Shown in pieces: positions 19,460 to 29,253 of a DNA stretch of 64,000 nucleotides. Both the position numbers and the translations under genes were made by a program. Positions within the stretch are counted from its first letter, which is position 1. Each line of letters begins with the position of its first letter. Source of the DNA: Alphaproteobacteria bacterium (GTDB lineage Bacteria > Pseudomonadota > Alphaproteobacteria > UBA7887); assembly GCA_965216755.1 (NCBI GenBank), contig CBDCGL010000011.1:800001-864000 (forward strand). The letters are read 5' to 3'. Under the pieces are notes generated by a model. The model saw nothing but the letters and a program-made list of their open reading frames with translations, was not told the DNA's origin and searched no databases.

Positions 19460-20377
19460 GTGTCGGGGGGCATATTCCGCGTTGTTTTGGCTGTGGGGCT
19501 TTTGGCTATCCTCGCCGGCTGTTCATCCGCGCAAGTCGCCAGCCATGGGTTGAAGCGCGTCACGAACGCACACCCGCCACCTTCGTCAATTCAAAGAGAG
19601 GGGCGCTATAAGGTCGGGAACCCGTATCAAATCAATGGTATATGGTACTATCCCGCGGAAAACGCGCGTTATGACGAGGTCGGCATTGCGTCTTGGTACG
19701 GGCGCGCTTTTCACGGCCGGCGGACAGCGAACGGCGCGATTTATGACATGTACGCGTTGACGGCCGCACACAAGACTTTGCCGATGCCGTCAAAAGTGCG
19801 TGTCACCAATCTTGAGAATGGTCGTTCAATGGTGCTGGTCGTCAACGATCGTGGACCTTTCGTGAATGGCCGCATCATTGATCTCTCATGGCGTGCGGCG
19901 AAAATCCTGGGTTTCTCCAACAGCGGTCTCGCAACCGTACGCGTGCAGGCGTTGTCGCCTGAAAATGGACTGCAATATGCACACAAGCCGAGTACCTCGC
20001 TGGCCGAGGCCAATTTGCCGTCGGCGGCGCCGCGCACGGCTGTCGATGTGCAGGCGCTGCACGCGCCAGAGGGTGTGCGGGTCGCGGCCGCGGTTCTTCC
20101 GCCGCGACCACGTGTTCCAGAACCGCGGGTGGGATCAGGTCGCTTTTCAACAAAGCTGTTTGTGCAGGTGGCGGCGTTCGAGGTTGCAGCCAACGCGACT
20201 CGATTTGCGCACGATCTAACACCTTTCGGGAAAGTTCGCATCGTCGCCGTCGAGACCGACGCGACCGCCCTGTATCGCGTTCAACTGGGGCCGATCGAAG
20301 GCACGGTGGCGGCAGACGCCGCGCTACAGAAACTGTTGGGTGCGGGCTATCAAGATGCCCGTCTGGTTGTGGATTAG
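19460..20377 (+). CDS. rlpA: septal ring lytic transglycosylase RlpA (lipoprotein, DPBB + SPOR)
   Basis: Lipobox LAGC; GIASWYG..FHGRRTANG, TAAHKTLP, NDRGPF, C-terminal SPOR domain. GTG 19460 follows GAGGGA; the ORF is open from 19418. Confidence 0.9.
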   Translation: MSGGIFRVVLAVGLLAILAGCSSAQVASHGLKRVTNAHPPPSSIQREGRYKVGNPYQINGIWYYPAENARYDEVGIASWYGRAFHGRRTANGAIYDMYALTAAHKTLPMPSKVRVTNLENGRSMVLVVNDRGPFVNGRIIDLSWRAAKILGFSNSGLATVRVQALSPENGLQYAHKPSTSLAEANLPSAAPRTAVDVQALHAPEGVRVAAAVLPPRPRVPEPRVGSGRFSTKLFVQVAAFEVAANATRFAHDLTPFGKVRIVAVETDATALYRVQLGPIEGTVAADAALQKLLGAGYQDARLVVD

Positions 20378-20539
20378 CCGCGCGCCAAAATACACAAGAC
20401 AAAATACACAAGATAAGTCTGCCGACATTGTGGGACATATGCTGGCGGTGCTATTTAGGCCTCGAGGCACTGATGCGCGTCATCCGCGCTTTCAGGTCGA
20501 TTGCCTCGATTGAGCGTAATCAAACTGCGGATCATGCAT

Positions 20540-21703
20540 ATGAAATGTGCAACCTGGGGTCGACGGCGTGCCAAGCTGGCGTCTTTGGTCTTGGCACTTT
20601 TCGTCGTGGCGCCTTATTCGACAGGCGATGCCGAAACGTTCGAGACCGCCGCGCGCAATGCGCTTTTGGTCGACTTTGATAGCGGTACTGCGTTACTCGC
20701 GAAAAATGCCGATGCGCGAATTCCGCCCGCATCCATGAGCAAGCTCATGACCGTGTACATGGTTTTTGATCGCTTGCGCGAAGGTTCGTTGACCCTTGAA
20801 GACACCATGTATGTCAGCGAGAAAGCCTGGCGCATGGGTGGCTCCAAGATGTTTGTCGAGGTCGACACGGAGGTCTCGGTCGAGGATCTCTTGCGCGGCA
20901 TTATTGTCCAGTCGGGCAATGATGCGTGCGTCGTCGTCGCCGAGGCGATTGCCGGCAGTGAGGAAAACTTCGCCGAATTGATGAACCAAAAGGCGGCGGA
21001 GATAGGCCTGGTCGGCAGTCATTTCGGGAATGCGACTGGCTGGCCGCATGATGACCACTATATGACGCCGCGCGACTTGGTCAATTTGACGAAACGTATC
21101 ATTGAGGAATTTCCGGAGTACTTTCGCTATTTCGCGGAAATTGATTTCACCTATAATGAAATCCGACAGGGCAACCGTAACCCTTTGCTATACAAAGACT
21201 TAGGCGTTGATGGCATGAAAACCGGTCACACCGAAGAGGCCGGCTATAGCTTGACAGCAACGGGTTTGCGCGAAGGGCGACGCTTGATATTGGTCGTAAC
21301 CGGCCTTGAATCCGTGCGCCAAAGATCGAGCGAGTCTGAACGTCTACTCAATTACGGCTTTCGGGAATTCAACAATTACTCGCTTTTCGATGCCGGCGAG
21401 ACTGTCGACGCGATCGATGTTTGGTTGGGGACCCGACAACGTATCGAAGCCATAATTGAACACGATTTGACTGTGGTTTTGCCCCGTGCGAGCCGTAAGG
21501 ACTTGCGCGTCTCGGTGGTTGCGAACGCGCCGTTGAGCGCGCCAGTCGTCGGCGGCCAGCAAATTGGCCGGGTGCTGGTCACCGCGCCGGGGGTCGAACA
21601 GATCGAACGTCCCTTGCTCGCCGGCGATGATGTGGCCCGATTGGGCCCACTGCGGCGTATCGGCGCGGCGATAAACTATTTGGTGTTTGGTCCATCCTTG
21701 TGA
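20540..21703 (+). CDS. dacA: D-alanyl-D-alanine carboxypeptidase (PBP5/6)
   Basis: SMSK (SxxK), SGN (SxN) and KTG motifs; PBP5_C domain; start uncertain (20501-20540). Confidence 0.92.
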   Translation: MKCATWGRRRAKLASLVLALFVVAPYSTGDAETFETAARNALLVDFDSGTALLAKNADARIPPASMSKLMTVYMVFDRLREGSLTLEDTMYVSEKAWRMGGSKMFVEVDTEVSVEDLLRGIIVQSGNDACVVVAEAIAGSEENFAELMNQKAAEIGLVGSHFGNATGWPHDDHYMTPRDLVNLTKRIIEEFPEYFRYFAEIDFTYNEIRQGNRNPLLYKDLGVDGMKTGHTEEAGYSLTATGLREGRRLILVVTGLESVRQRSSESERLLNYGFREFNNYSLFDAGETVDAIDVWLGTRQRIEAIIEHDLTVVLPRASRKDLRVSVVANAPLSAPVVGGQQIGRVLVTAPGVEQIERPLLAGDDVARLGPLRRIGAAINYLVFGPSL

Positions 21704-22344
21704 CAGCGCGCGGCCGTTTCGTGACGATCGAGGGCGGTGACGGCGCCGGCAAATCGACCCAATGTGCCCTGTTGGCGGATTGGCTACGCGGCCACGGCTT
21801 GGATGTTGTCCAGACTCGGGAACCCGGTGGTGTCCCTGGCGCCGAAACCATACGCAACTTGCTTGTCGAGGGCGACCAGAGCCGATGGGATCCGCTTAGT
21901 GAATTGCTTTTGCTTTCGGCCGCGCGTCATTGTCATGTGACGAAATTGATCGCGCCGGCGTTGGCACGCGGTACATGGGTGATCTGTGACCGCTTTGTTG
22001 ACTCGACAATGGCCTATCAGGGCTATGCCATGGGTGTCGGGCGCGAAGTCGTATCCCAAGTCAGCCAACTGGCGATCGGTGATGTCAAAGTGGACCGGAC
22101 TATCATTCTGGACTTACCAACCAATTTGGCACGCCGGCGTGCGGAAACACGTGCTGACAAACTGAGCCGTTACGAAGGCATGGACGAGACGTTCCATCAA
22201 ACGGTCCGGGATGCCTTTGTCGATATCGCGCGGCGGGAACCAACACGTTGCAGCCTGGTCGATGCACAGCGGCCCATCGCGGCCGTTGCCGACAACGTCA
22301 AAGCCGCTCTAGCCGATCTAATCCCGAGCGATGGCCGGACGTAA
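21700..22344 (+). CDS. tmk: thymidylate kinase
   Basis: IEGGDGAGKSTQ, TREPGG, DRFVDSTMAYQG. Confidence 0.96.
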   Translation: MTARGRFVTIEGGDGAGKSTQCALLADWLRGHGLDVVQTREPGGVPGAETIRNLLVEGDQSRWDPLSELLLLSAARHCHVTKLIAPALARGTWVICDRFVDSTMAYQGYAMGVGREVVSQVSQLAIGDVKVDRTIILDLPTNLARRRAETRADKLSRYEGMDETFHQTVRDAFVDIARREPTRCSLVDAQRPIAAVADNVKAALADLIPSDGRT

Positions 22345-23428
22345 CGCCGACACATCGAAGACCCAGGACCAAGTCCGGCACCCACGAATGACGCAAGTTC
22401 TGGTTGGCCATGAGGCCGCCATGGCGACATTTACCAGCGCGTTTCGTGAAGGCCAATTGGCGCATGCCTGGTTGATTACCGGGCCAAAGGGCGTTGGCAA
22501 AGCGACGCTTGCCTATCACATGGCACGATTGGCTCTGTCGCAGGGCAATTCACAGTCGGCATTGTTTGACCAACACCCGGCGCCAATCGATGACACCGTT
22601 GCCCGCCAGGTCGCCGCAAATTCGCATCCAGATCTGCTGTCGCTCGAACGCGAAGCCGATCCGAAAACCAACCGATTGCGCCGGGACATCGTGGTGGGCT
22701 CGGTGCGCCGGCTCAATGGATTTCTTCGTCTTAAACCGGCGGCCGGAATCTGGCGGGTCGTGATCATTGATAGCGCCGACGAAATGAACAGAAATGCGGC
22801 AAACGCTGTTTTGAAGCTCGTCGAAGAGCCGCCCAATACATCACTGATATTATTGGTCTCTCACCAGCCTGGCCGGCTATTGCCGACGCTACGCTCCCGG
22901 TGTCGAACTTTGCCGCTACGGCCGCTTTCCGATGATTTTGTCACAGAGGTCATGAGCCGGTGCATCGATAGCGACATGGCTGTCGGGGACCGAAAGACGC
23001 TGACCCATTTGGCATCCGGTAGCCCGGGGCGCGCCGTGGCGCTGGCCACGCTTGATGGCGTCGACGTCTACCGAGAAATTGCCGGATTGTTGGCGACCGC
23101 CCCCGCGTATGACACACAAATCTTGCACGGTTTTGCCGATCGCGTTTCACGACGCGGGGCCGAACAGCGGTTTGAATTGGCCATGGAATTACTCGCGGGG
23201 TGGATAGCGGGCGCGATCAAGTGTGTCGCCCGCGACGATTGTTCGGCGGAACTGGTACCGGGCGAGGCCGATGCCAGGCGCCGAATGGTCTCGGCAGGCG
23301 CCCTTGATCAATGGGTGGAGCTGTGGGAAAACACGCGCGGCCTCGCGGAACGCGCCGGTCACCTAAACCTAGATCGCAAACAGGTTGTGCTAACCGCTTT
23401 TCACGGCATAGCGCGGTTGGCAACATGA
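22331..23428 (+). CDS. holB: DNA polymerase III subunit delta'
   Basis: HAWLITGPKGVGKAT, HPDL, IIDSADEMNRNAANAVLK.VEEPP, LPTLRSRC; conserved tmk-holB-metG order. Confidence 0.93.
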   Translation: MAGRNADTSKTQDQVRHPRMTQVLVGHEAAMATFTSAFREGQLAHAWLITGPKGVGKATLAYHMARLALSQGNSQSALFDQHPAPIDDTVARQVAANSHPDLLSLEREADPKTNRLRRDIVVGSVRRLNGFLRLKPAAGIWRVVIIDSADEMNRNAANAVLKLVEEPPNTSLILLVSHQPGRLLPTLRSRCRTLPLRPLSDDFVTEVMSRCIDSDMAVGDRKTLTHLASGSPGRAVALATLDGVDVYREIAGLLATAPAYDTQILHGFADRVSRRGAEQRFELAMELLAGWIAGAIKCVARDDCSAELVPGEADARRRMVSAGALDQWVELWENTRGLAERAGHLNLDRKQVVLTAFHGIARLAT

Positions 23429-23463
23429 GCACCTGAACCGAGGAGGCGGCCGGGAGCCGACCA

Positions 23464-25023
23464 ATGACCGAGGCGCAGTCATTTTACGTCACAACGCCAA
23501 TCTACTACGTCAATGACGTGCCCCATTTGGGTCACGCTTACACGACCATTGCGTGCGACGCGATCGCGCGCTTCATGCGTTTGGATGGCCGTAACGTCAT
23601 GTTTCTGACCGGCACCGACGAGCATGGGCAAAAGGTCGCGCATTCGGCTGAAGCCGCCAGCAAAGATCCGCAAGCGTTTACCGATCAAGTCTCGCAGCGT
23701 TTCCGAAAACTGGCAGAGGTACTGCGCGCCTCGAATGACGATTTCATTCGTACGACGGAACCGCGCCACAAAGCAGCGAGCCAGGCGATTTGGCGCGCGT
23801 TGGTCGACTCTGGCGACATCTATCTCGGCAGCTATTCGGGCTGGTACTCCGTGCGCGACGAAGCCTATTTCGCCGAGAGCGAGCTGATCGCCGGGCCGGA
23901 TGGCGGCAAGGTGGCACCGACCGGGGCGCCGGTCGAGTGGGTAGAGGAACCGAGCTACTTTTTTCGCCTGTCCCGGTGGCAACAACCACTTATTGACTTG
24001 TACACGCGCCAACCGGATTTCATTCTGCCCGAGACGCGGCGAAACGAAGTCATGAGCTTCGTCAAAGGCGGCCTTCAGGACCTATCCGTCTCACGCACTA
24101 GTTTTCGATGGGGCGTGCCAGTTCCCGGCGACGATGCACATGTGATGTATGTGTGGCTGGACGCGCTGACGAACTACCTAACGGCGGTCGGTTATCCAGA
24201 CACCAAGAACCAGGCCTATCAGACATTTTGGCCAGCGAACGTGCACGTCGTGGGCAAAGACATCGTGCGCTTTCACGCAGTCTATTGGCCGGCCTTCTTA
24301 ATGGCCGCCGGTCTTGAACCTCCGCAGCGCGTATTCGCCCACGGTTGGTGGACCGTGGAGGGCCAGAAGATGTCAAAGAGCCTCGGCAATGTGGTCGAAC
24401 CATTTGATCTGGTTGAAACCTATGGCCTCGATCAGGTGCGCTACTTCCTGTTGCGCGAGGTTCCATTTGGCAATGATGGAGATTTCTCTCGACAGGCCCT
24501 GATCAACCGTATCAATCATGATCTGGCCAATGACTTTGGCAACTTAGCGCAACGTGTCTTGAGCATGATCAACCGCAATTGCGATGCTGCGGTGCCCAGC
24601 CCCGGTGCCTTTCGCGGCGAAGATCAGGATCTGCTTGACCGCGCGTCCGCCTTGGTCGGTTTGGTGCGTCAGGCAATGGAACGCGAGGCGCTACACGTGG
24701 CGTTGGACCGCATCTGGCACGTCGTCCGTGCGGCCAATGGCTATGTCGATCATCAGGCGCCCTGGGCCCTGCGCAAGACAGATCCGTCACGCATGGCGAC
24801 AGTCTTGTTTACTTTGGCGGAGGTGATCCGCCATTTGGGGATATTGAGCCAGCCATTCGTCCCCGAAGCGGCCGGTCGCCTGTTAGACCAATTGGCAGTA
24901 CCACATGATCAGCGCAACTTTTCCGCGTTGACCGCGGATTCGAGACTTGTCGAGGGCGTACCATTGCCGAAGCCTTTTGGTGTTTTCCCACGTATCGTTG
25001 AAAGCGAAGCAACAACATCGTGA
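23464..25023 (+). CDS. metG: methionyl-tRNA synthetase
   Basis: TTPIYYVNDVPHLGH, GTDEHG, YVWLDAL, KMSKS. Confidence 0.97.
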   Translation: MTEAQSFYVTTPIYYVNDVPHLGHAYTTIACDAIARFMRLDGRNVMFLTGTDEHGQKVAHSAEAASKDPQAFTDQVSQRFRKLAEVLRASNDDFIRTTEPRHKAASQAIWRALVDSGDIYLGSYSGWYSVRDEAYFAESELIAGPDGGKVAPTGAPVEWVEEPSYFFRLSRWQQPLIDLYTRQPDFILPETRRNEVMSFVKGGLQDLSVSRTSFRWGVPVPGDDAHVMYVWLDALTNYLTAVGYPDTKNQAYQTFWPANVHVVGKDIVRFHAVYWPAFLMAAGLEPPQRVFAHGWWTVEGQKMSKSLGNVVEPFDLVETYGLDQVRYFLLREVPFGNDGDFSRQALINRINHDLANDFGNLAQRVLSMINRNCDAAVPSPGAFRGEDQDLLDRASALVGLVRQAMEREALHVALDRIWHVVRAANGYVDHQAPWALRKTDPSRMATVLFTLAEVIRHLGILSQPFVPEAAGRLLDQLAVPHDQRNFSALTADSRLVEGVPLPKPFGVFPRIVESEATTS

Positions 25024-25802
25024 TGCTGGTTGACAGCCATTGCCACCTTGATTTTCCAGACTTCGAATCTGACATTGATCAGGTGATTGCACGTGCGCGC
25101 AACGCCGGCGTCGGTGTTATGCAAACGATATCAACGCGCTTAGAATCGTTTGAATCCGTCCGAAGCTTGGCCGCGCGATTTGAAGATGTCTACTGCTCGG
25201 TTGGCGTCCACCCGCACAATGCTGGCGACGCCGCCTTGGCGACGCCGGAACAGCTCGCTGTGCTCGCAAACGACTCAAATGTGATTGGAATTGGCGAGAC
25301 GGGCCTGGACTATTATTACGAGCACAGCCCCCGCGAATCGCAGAAAGAGAGCTTTCGTGCCCACATTGTCGCAGCCCGGAAAACGGGGTTGCCTGTCATC
25401 GTTCATAGCCGCGATGCGGACCAAGATACGACTGAGATTCTGACTGAAGAAATGGGGAAGGGGGCCTTCCCCGGCCTTATACATTGTTTCACATCTGGCC
25501 CGGAACTCGCTGAAAACGCGCTGAAACTTGGCCTTTCTATATCTCTGTCGGGGATCGTCACGTTCAAGAGTGCCGAGGATCTTAGACAAGTTGTGCGGAA
25601 CGTGCCTTTGGACCGTCTCTTGGTGGAAACAGACGCACCATATCTTGCGCCGATGCCGTATCGGGGCAAACGCAACGAGCCTGCGTTTGTCCGCCACACG
25701 GCGACCTATTTGGCTGAGATGATGAACATTTCGACTTCGGACTTCTTCCAGGAAACCACACGTAACTTCTTCAGACTCTTCGAAAAAGCGCAGTCGTCGT
25801 AG
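25020..25802 (+). CDS. tatD: TatD-family DNase (YcfH)
   Basis: DSHCHL, GVHPH, IGETGLDY, HSRDA, HCF, ETDAPYLAP. Confidence 0.95.
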   Translation: MMLVDSHCHLDFPDFESDIDQVIARARNAGVGVMQTISTRLESFESVRSLAARFEDVYCSVGVHPHNAGDAALATPEQLAVLANDSNVIGIGETGLDYYYEHSPRESQKESFRAHIVAARKTGLPVIVHSRDADQDTTEILTEEMGKGAFPGLIHCFTSGPELAENALKLGLSISLSGIVTFKSAEDLRQVVRNVPLDRLLVETDAPYLAPMPYRGKRNEPAFVRHTATYLAEMMNISTSDFFQETTRNFFRLFEKAQSS

Positions 25803-25807
25803 AACGT

Positions 25808-26614
25808 ATGAGGGTTACGATACTTGGTTGCGGAAGTTCGACCGGCGTACCCATGATCGGCCCAGATTGGGGACGATGCGACCCCAACAACCCCAAGAAC
25901 CGTCGCCGCCGTGTTTCTGTTTTGGTAGAGGACAGCGGCACCAGTATTTTGGTCGATGCATCGCCGGATCTCCGGGAGCAACTGATCGACGCGCGGGTCA
26001 AGCGCTTGGACGCTGTGTTGCTTACTCATGACCACGCTGATCATACGCATGGCATCGATGACTTGCGCGGCATTAACTATTTGATGAATGGACCCGTCGA
26101 TATCTATGGCGCGCCAGACACGATACGAACGGTCAAATCCCGATTTGGCTACGCTTTTGATCATGACGGCACAACCGGACCATGGTATCGACCATGTTTT
26201 CGGTCCAGACAAATCGACGGGCAATTTCGTGTCGGTGCTGTGTCTGTTGAGCCGTTTGAACAGATTCACGGCCGTACAACAACGCTCGGTTTTCGGTTTG
26301 GGCGTTTCGCGTACAGCACCGATGTAAATGATTTGAATACGTCGTCGCTCGAAATTCTAGCTGGCATTGAAGTCTGGGTCGTAGATTGCGCGCGCTACAA
26401 GCCAAGTCCAGGCCACGCGAGCTTGCGCCAGGTCCTGAATTGGGTAGCGGTGTTAAAACCGCGCCAAACGCTTTTGACGCATTTGTCCGCGGAAATGGAC
26501 TATGAAGAGTTGCAGGCTCAATTGCCCGAAGGCATTGCGCCGGCGTTTGACGGCATGTTGCTGACGATTGATAACGATATGAGCATCAACAATCGTGCGA
26601 TGGACACACCGTGA
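25808..26614 (+). CDS. MBL-fold metallo-hydrolase (PhnP-like phosphodiesterase)
   Basis: LGCGSSTGVP, THDHADHTHGIDDLR (HxHxDH), AYSTD, THLS, AFDG. Confidence 0.92.
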   Translation: MRVTILGCGSSTGVPMIGPDWGRCDPNNPKNRRRRVSVLVEDSGTSILVDASPDLREQLIDARVKRLDAVLLTHDHADHTHGIDDLRGINYLMNGPVDIYGAPDTIRTVKSRFGYAFDHDGTTGPWYRPCFRSRQIDGQFRVGAVSVEPFEQIHGRTTTLGFRFGRFAYSTDVNDLNTSSLEILAGIEVWVVDCARYKPSPGHASLRQVLNWVAVLKPRQTLLTHLSAEMDYEELQAQLPEGIAPAFDGMLLTIDNDMSINNRAMDTP

Positions 26615-26901
26615 GCAGTGAATTCCTCAACGCTGTCGTTTATGGATCTGTACGCGATCCCATGATGTGGATTTTGGCGGCCGTCGTCGGTTGGAACGCC
26701 ACCCGAGATGTGATTCGTTCGCTCGGTCTTCTGGCAACAGTCGGTGGTGTTTGGGGTGCCATCCGCGCCGCGGTTTATATGGCACTCGGCGAGCAACTGA
26801 GCGCTGACCGAATTGCCGTGATGATTTTGGTTTGCATGGCCATAATGATTGCGGCCGGCATAGCGGTGCGGAGCATGCGAAGCTTGATCGAGCCGCGCTA
26901 A
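26611..26901 (+). CDS. small hypothetical membrane protein (about 3 TM helices)
   Basis: GTGA overlap with the upstream gene; three hydrophobic segments; no recognised motif. Confidence 0.6.
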   Translation: MSSEFLNAVVYGSVRDPMMWILAAVVGWNATRDVIRSLGLLATVGGVWGAIRAAVYMALGEQLSADRIAVMILVCMAIMIAAGIAVRSMRSLIEPR

Positions 26902-26925
26902 CCCCCTGACCTAATACAAATCATA

Positions 26926-26953
26926 ATTTCCCATAATATATCTTATGCGACAA
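26926..26953 (-). other. dif site (XerC/XerD chromosome dimer resolution)
   Basis: Minus strand TTGTCGCATAA-GATATA-TTATGGGAAAT versus E. coli dif GGTGCGCATAA-TGTATA-TTATGTTAAAT; 11-6-11 architecture; intergenic; flanking core operons converge on it. Confidence 0.82.
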
Positions 26954-27025
26954 TTGGATTCTGCTAGTACGTTTGGTTCCTGTGTGCCCTTCCTGATTTG
27001 ATCGGCAACGAGAAAGGCCTCAACA

Positions 27026-27826
27026 ATGACCGCGATTGACCGATTGCTCGACATCATGGCGCGGCTTCGCGATCCAGATAAAGGTTGCCCATGGGATTTG
27101 GGGCAGGATTTCTCAACCATCGCACCACACACGATCGAAGAAGCTTACGAAGTCGCAGATGCTATCGAAGGCAACGACATGGCGGCCTTGCGCGACGAAC
27201 TTGGTGACCTGCTGTTCCAGGTCGTTTTTTACGCCCAAATGGGACGCGAGCGTGGCGTGTTTGACTTTGATGCGATCGTGACCGCCATCACGGAAAAGAT
27301 GATCCGGCGCCATCCGCACATATTCGCGGATGCGTCGATCGAATCAGCCGCGGCACAGACGAAATCGTGGGAGAAGTTGAAGGCTGAGGAACGACGCGCG
27401 CGTCACGGTACCGCGCACGAGCCAAGCGCGCTTGATGGCGTGGTCACTGGATTGCCAGCCCTCACCCGTGCCTTGAAACTGCAAACTCGGGCAGCGCGCG
27501 TGGGCTTTGACTGGCCACATGTCGAGCAAGTTTTTGACAAGCTATTCGAAGAGATTTCCGAGCTCCGCCAGGCATTTGGCGAACCGGCGCAGATGGAGAT
27601 GGTCGCCGAAGAGCTTGGTGATGTTCTATTTGTGTGCGCGAACTTGGCACGACATGGTGGTGTCGATCCCGAATCCGCACTGCGTAAGGCGAATAAGAAA
27701 TTTGAACGTCGATTCAAACGCATAGAAGAGCTACTTGCAGAAAATGGCAAGCGGCCGGAAGACAGCGATCTGGCGGAAATGGATTCGCTTTGGTCGCAAG
27801 CCAAGGCCGAAGAGCGACGGGGTTAG
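27026..27826 (+). CDS. mazG: nucleoside triphosphate pyrophosphohydrolase MazG
   Basis: LRDPDKGCPWD, EEAYEV, DELGDLLFQ, RRHPH, EELGD, ANKKFERRF. Confidence 0.96.
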   Translation: MTAIDRLLDIMARLRDPDKGCPWDLGQDFSTIAPHTIEEAYEVADAIEGNDMAALRDELGDLLFQVVFYAQMGRERGVFDFDAIVTAITEKMIRRHPHIFADASIESAAAQTKSWEKLKAEERRARHGTAHEPSALDGVVTGLPALTRALKLQTRAARVGFDWPHVEQVFDKLFEEISELRQAFGEPAQMEMVAEELGDVLFVCANLARHGGVDPESALRKANKKFERRFKRIEELLAENGKRPEDSDLAEMDSLWSQAKAEERRG

Positions 27827-27840
27827 GACAAGCCGGCCGC

Positions 27841-27959
27841 CTAGAGCATGTCACGCTCACATGCGTTCGCATGACAGGTTCTATCTAGAGCACTTTCCGA
27901 CCATATTGAATCAATTCAAGTTTATTCAAACGACTCCGTTTGAACGAAGAGTGATCTAG
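27841..27959. repeat. cluster of short CTAG-bounded palindromic (MITE/RPE-like) elements
   Basis: Imperfect hairpin TAGAGCATGTCACG...CATGACAGGTTCTA, then CTAGAGCACTTTCCG..., then TTCAAACG-ACTC-CGTTTGAA...GTGATCTAG. Confidence 0.5.
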
Positions 27960-28253
27960 CCCGACCTCGCTGATCCAAAAAAGTCCAATAAATTGACCTC
28001 GCGTCTTCGGACCACAAACGGTTTTGTGTTGATGTCGTTCAATTCGCGCCTACTGAGACGGATTCGGCGCCCCATTTGAAACGGGACCGGCCAACACGTT
28101 TGCCGCTGGGTGCGCGAGCCTGCCAATGTCGGACCAGTCGCGTGTTAAGTTCCCGACATCTAATTGCACTGGCCGAAAATGCCAGGTTGATGATTGGTAA
28201 AATAACAAAATTCCTGTATGACTTGGAATACTTCGATTCGGGGGTCGAAATAG

Positions 28254-29252
28254 ATGATTTTGCGTTCTGCGGTCGGGATTCGCAATGGCGGCAGTCGGGT
28301 CGTGCGCATTTTTGTTTCCCTTGCCTTGATCACGCTGCTTCTTTTCGTCATCGGGCGCGACGGCTTTGCCGATTACGCCAGCCGAATACCCGCGTCATAC
28401 CTTTTTTTCATCCTCGTTCTATTTACGTTGCAGTTTCTTTTGGTGGTGTGGCGTTGGCGGATGGTGCTGCTCAGCGGTGATGCGCGCGCCGGATATTGGC
28501 AACTCGTCGAAGTTCAGGGCATCAGCACGGTGGCGAACGCTTTCTTGGTTAACGGTATTGGCGGGCTTGCCGTGCGGTTGGCCTTGGTCAAACGCATGGG
28601 CGTGGATCTGTCCGTTGCAGTTGGCGCCACGCTTGTCGAACGCGCGATTACCGTGGTCGTTTTGGCGGTTATGTCGGTCGGCGGATTGCCCCTCATTGCC
28701 GTGCATATTGGACCGCGATGGGTCGCGACTGCCGGGTTCGTCATGACTGTCGTGGTTGCGATTGGTTCGCTGTTTTTTTTGCTTGGTGATCTGCCCGCTT
28801 TGCGCGCGTTGCGTACGCGCTTTGGCCAAATTGTCCAACCAACTTTTGCAGCAATGGGCAAGATGCTTCGCCACCCATCGCGCGTGATCGCCATTGTGGG
28901 CGTCGCAATTTTGGCCCAGGCTGTCTATTTTGGGGCGAGTTATGGCGCGATATTGGCGACTGGTGCAAACATCGAATGGCTCGCATTTTTGGGTGTTATG
29001 CCGGCGGTCGCACTGATTGCAAGCTTGCCAATTAGTGTAGGTGGATGGGGCACGCGCGAGGGCGCCATGGTGGCGGGACTGTCTCTGATCGGTGTCGACG
29101 CCGGAGCGGCCTTGGTCGCGTCGGTCATCATTGGACTGTTGACAATGATCGCCGCAGTTCCCGCCTGTATGCTTAGCGTTGTTGCGCGACGCGGCAAATG
29201 GTCGGCACGTACATATTTGGCGAGCCAGACCGAAACACCGACCGCGCGCTAG
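28254..29252 (+). CDS. UPF0104 / lysylphosphatidylglycerol synthase TM-domain (flippase-like) membrane protein
   Basis: WRWRMVL, VERAI, SLPISVGGWGTREGAMV signature; multi-TM. Confidence 0.82.
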   Translation: MILRSAVGIRNGGSRVVRIFVSLALITLLLFVIGRDGFADYASRIPASYLFFILVLFTLQFLLVVWRWRMVLLSGDARAGYWQLVEVQGISTVANAFLVNGIGGLAVRLALVKRMGVDLSVAVGATLVERAITVVVLAVMSVGGLPLIAVHIGPRWVATAGFVMTVVVAIGSLFFLLGDLPALRALRTRFGQIVQPTFAAMGKMLRHPSRVIAIVGVAILAQAVYFGASYGAILATGANIEWLAFLGVMPAVALIASLPISVGGWGTREGAMVAGLSLIGVDAGAALVASVIIGLLTMIAAVPACMLSVVARRGKWSARTYLASQTETPTAR

Positions 29253-29253
29253 G

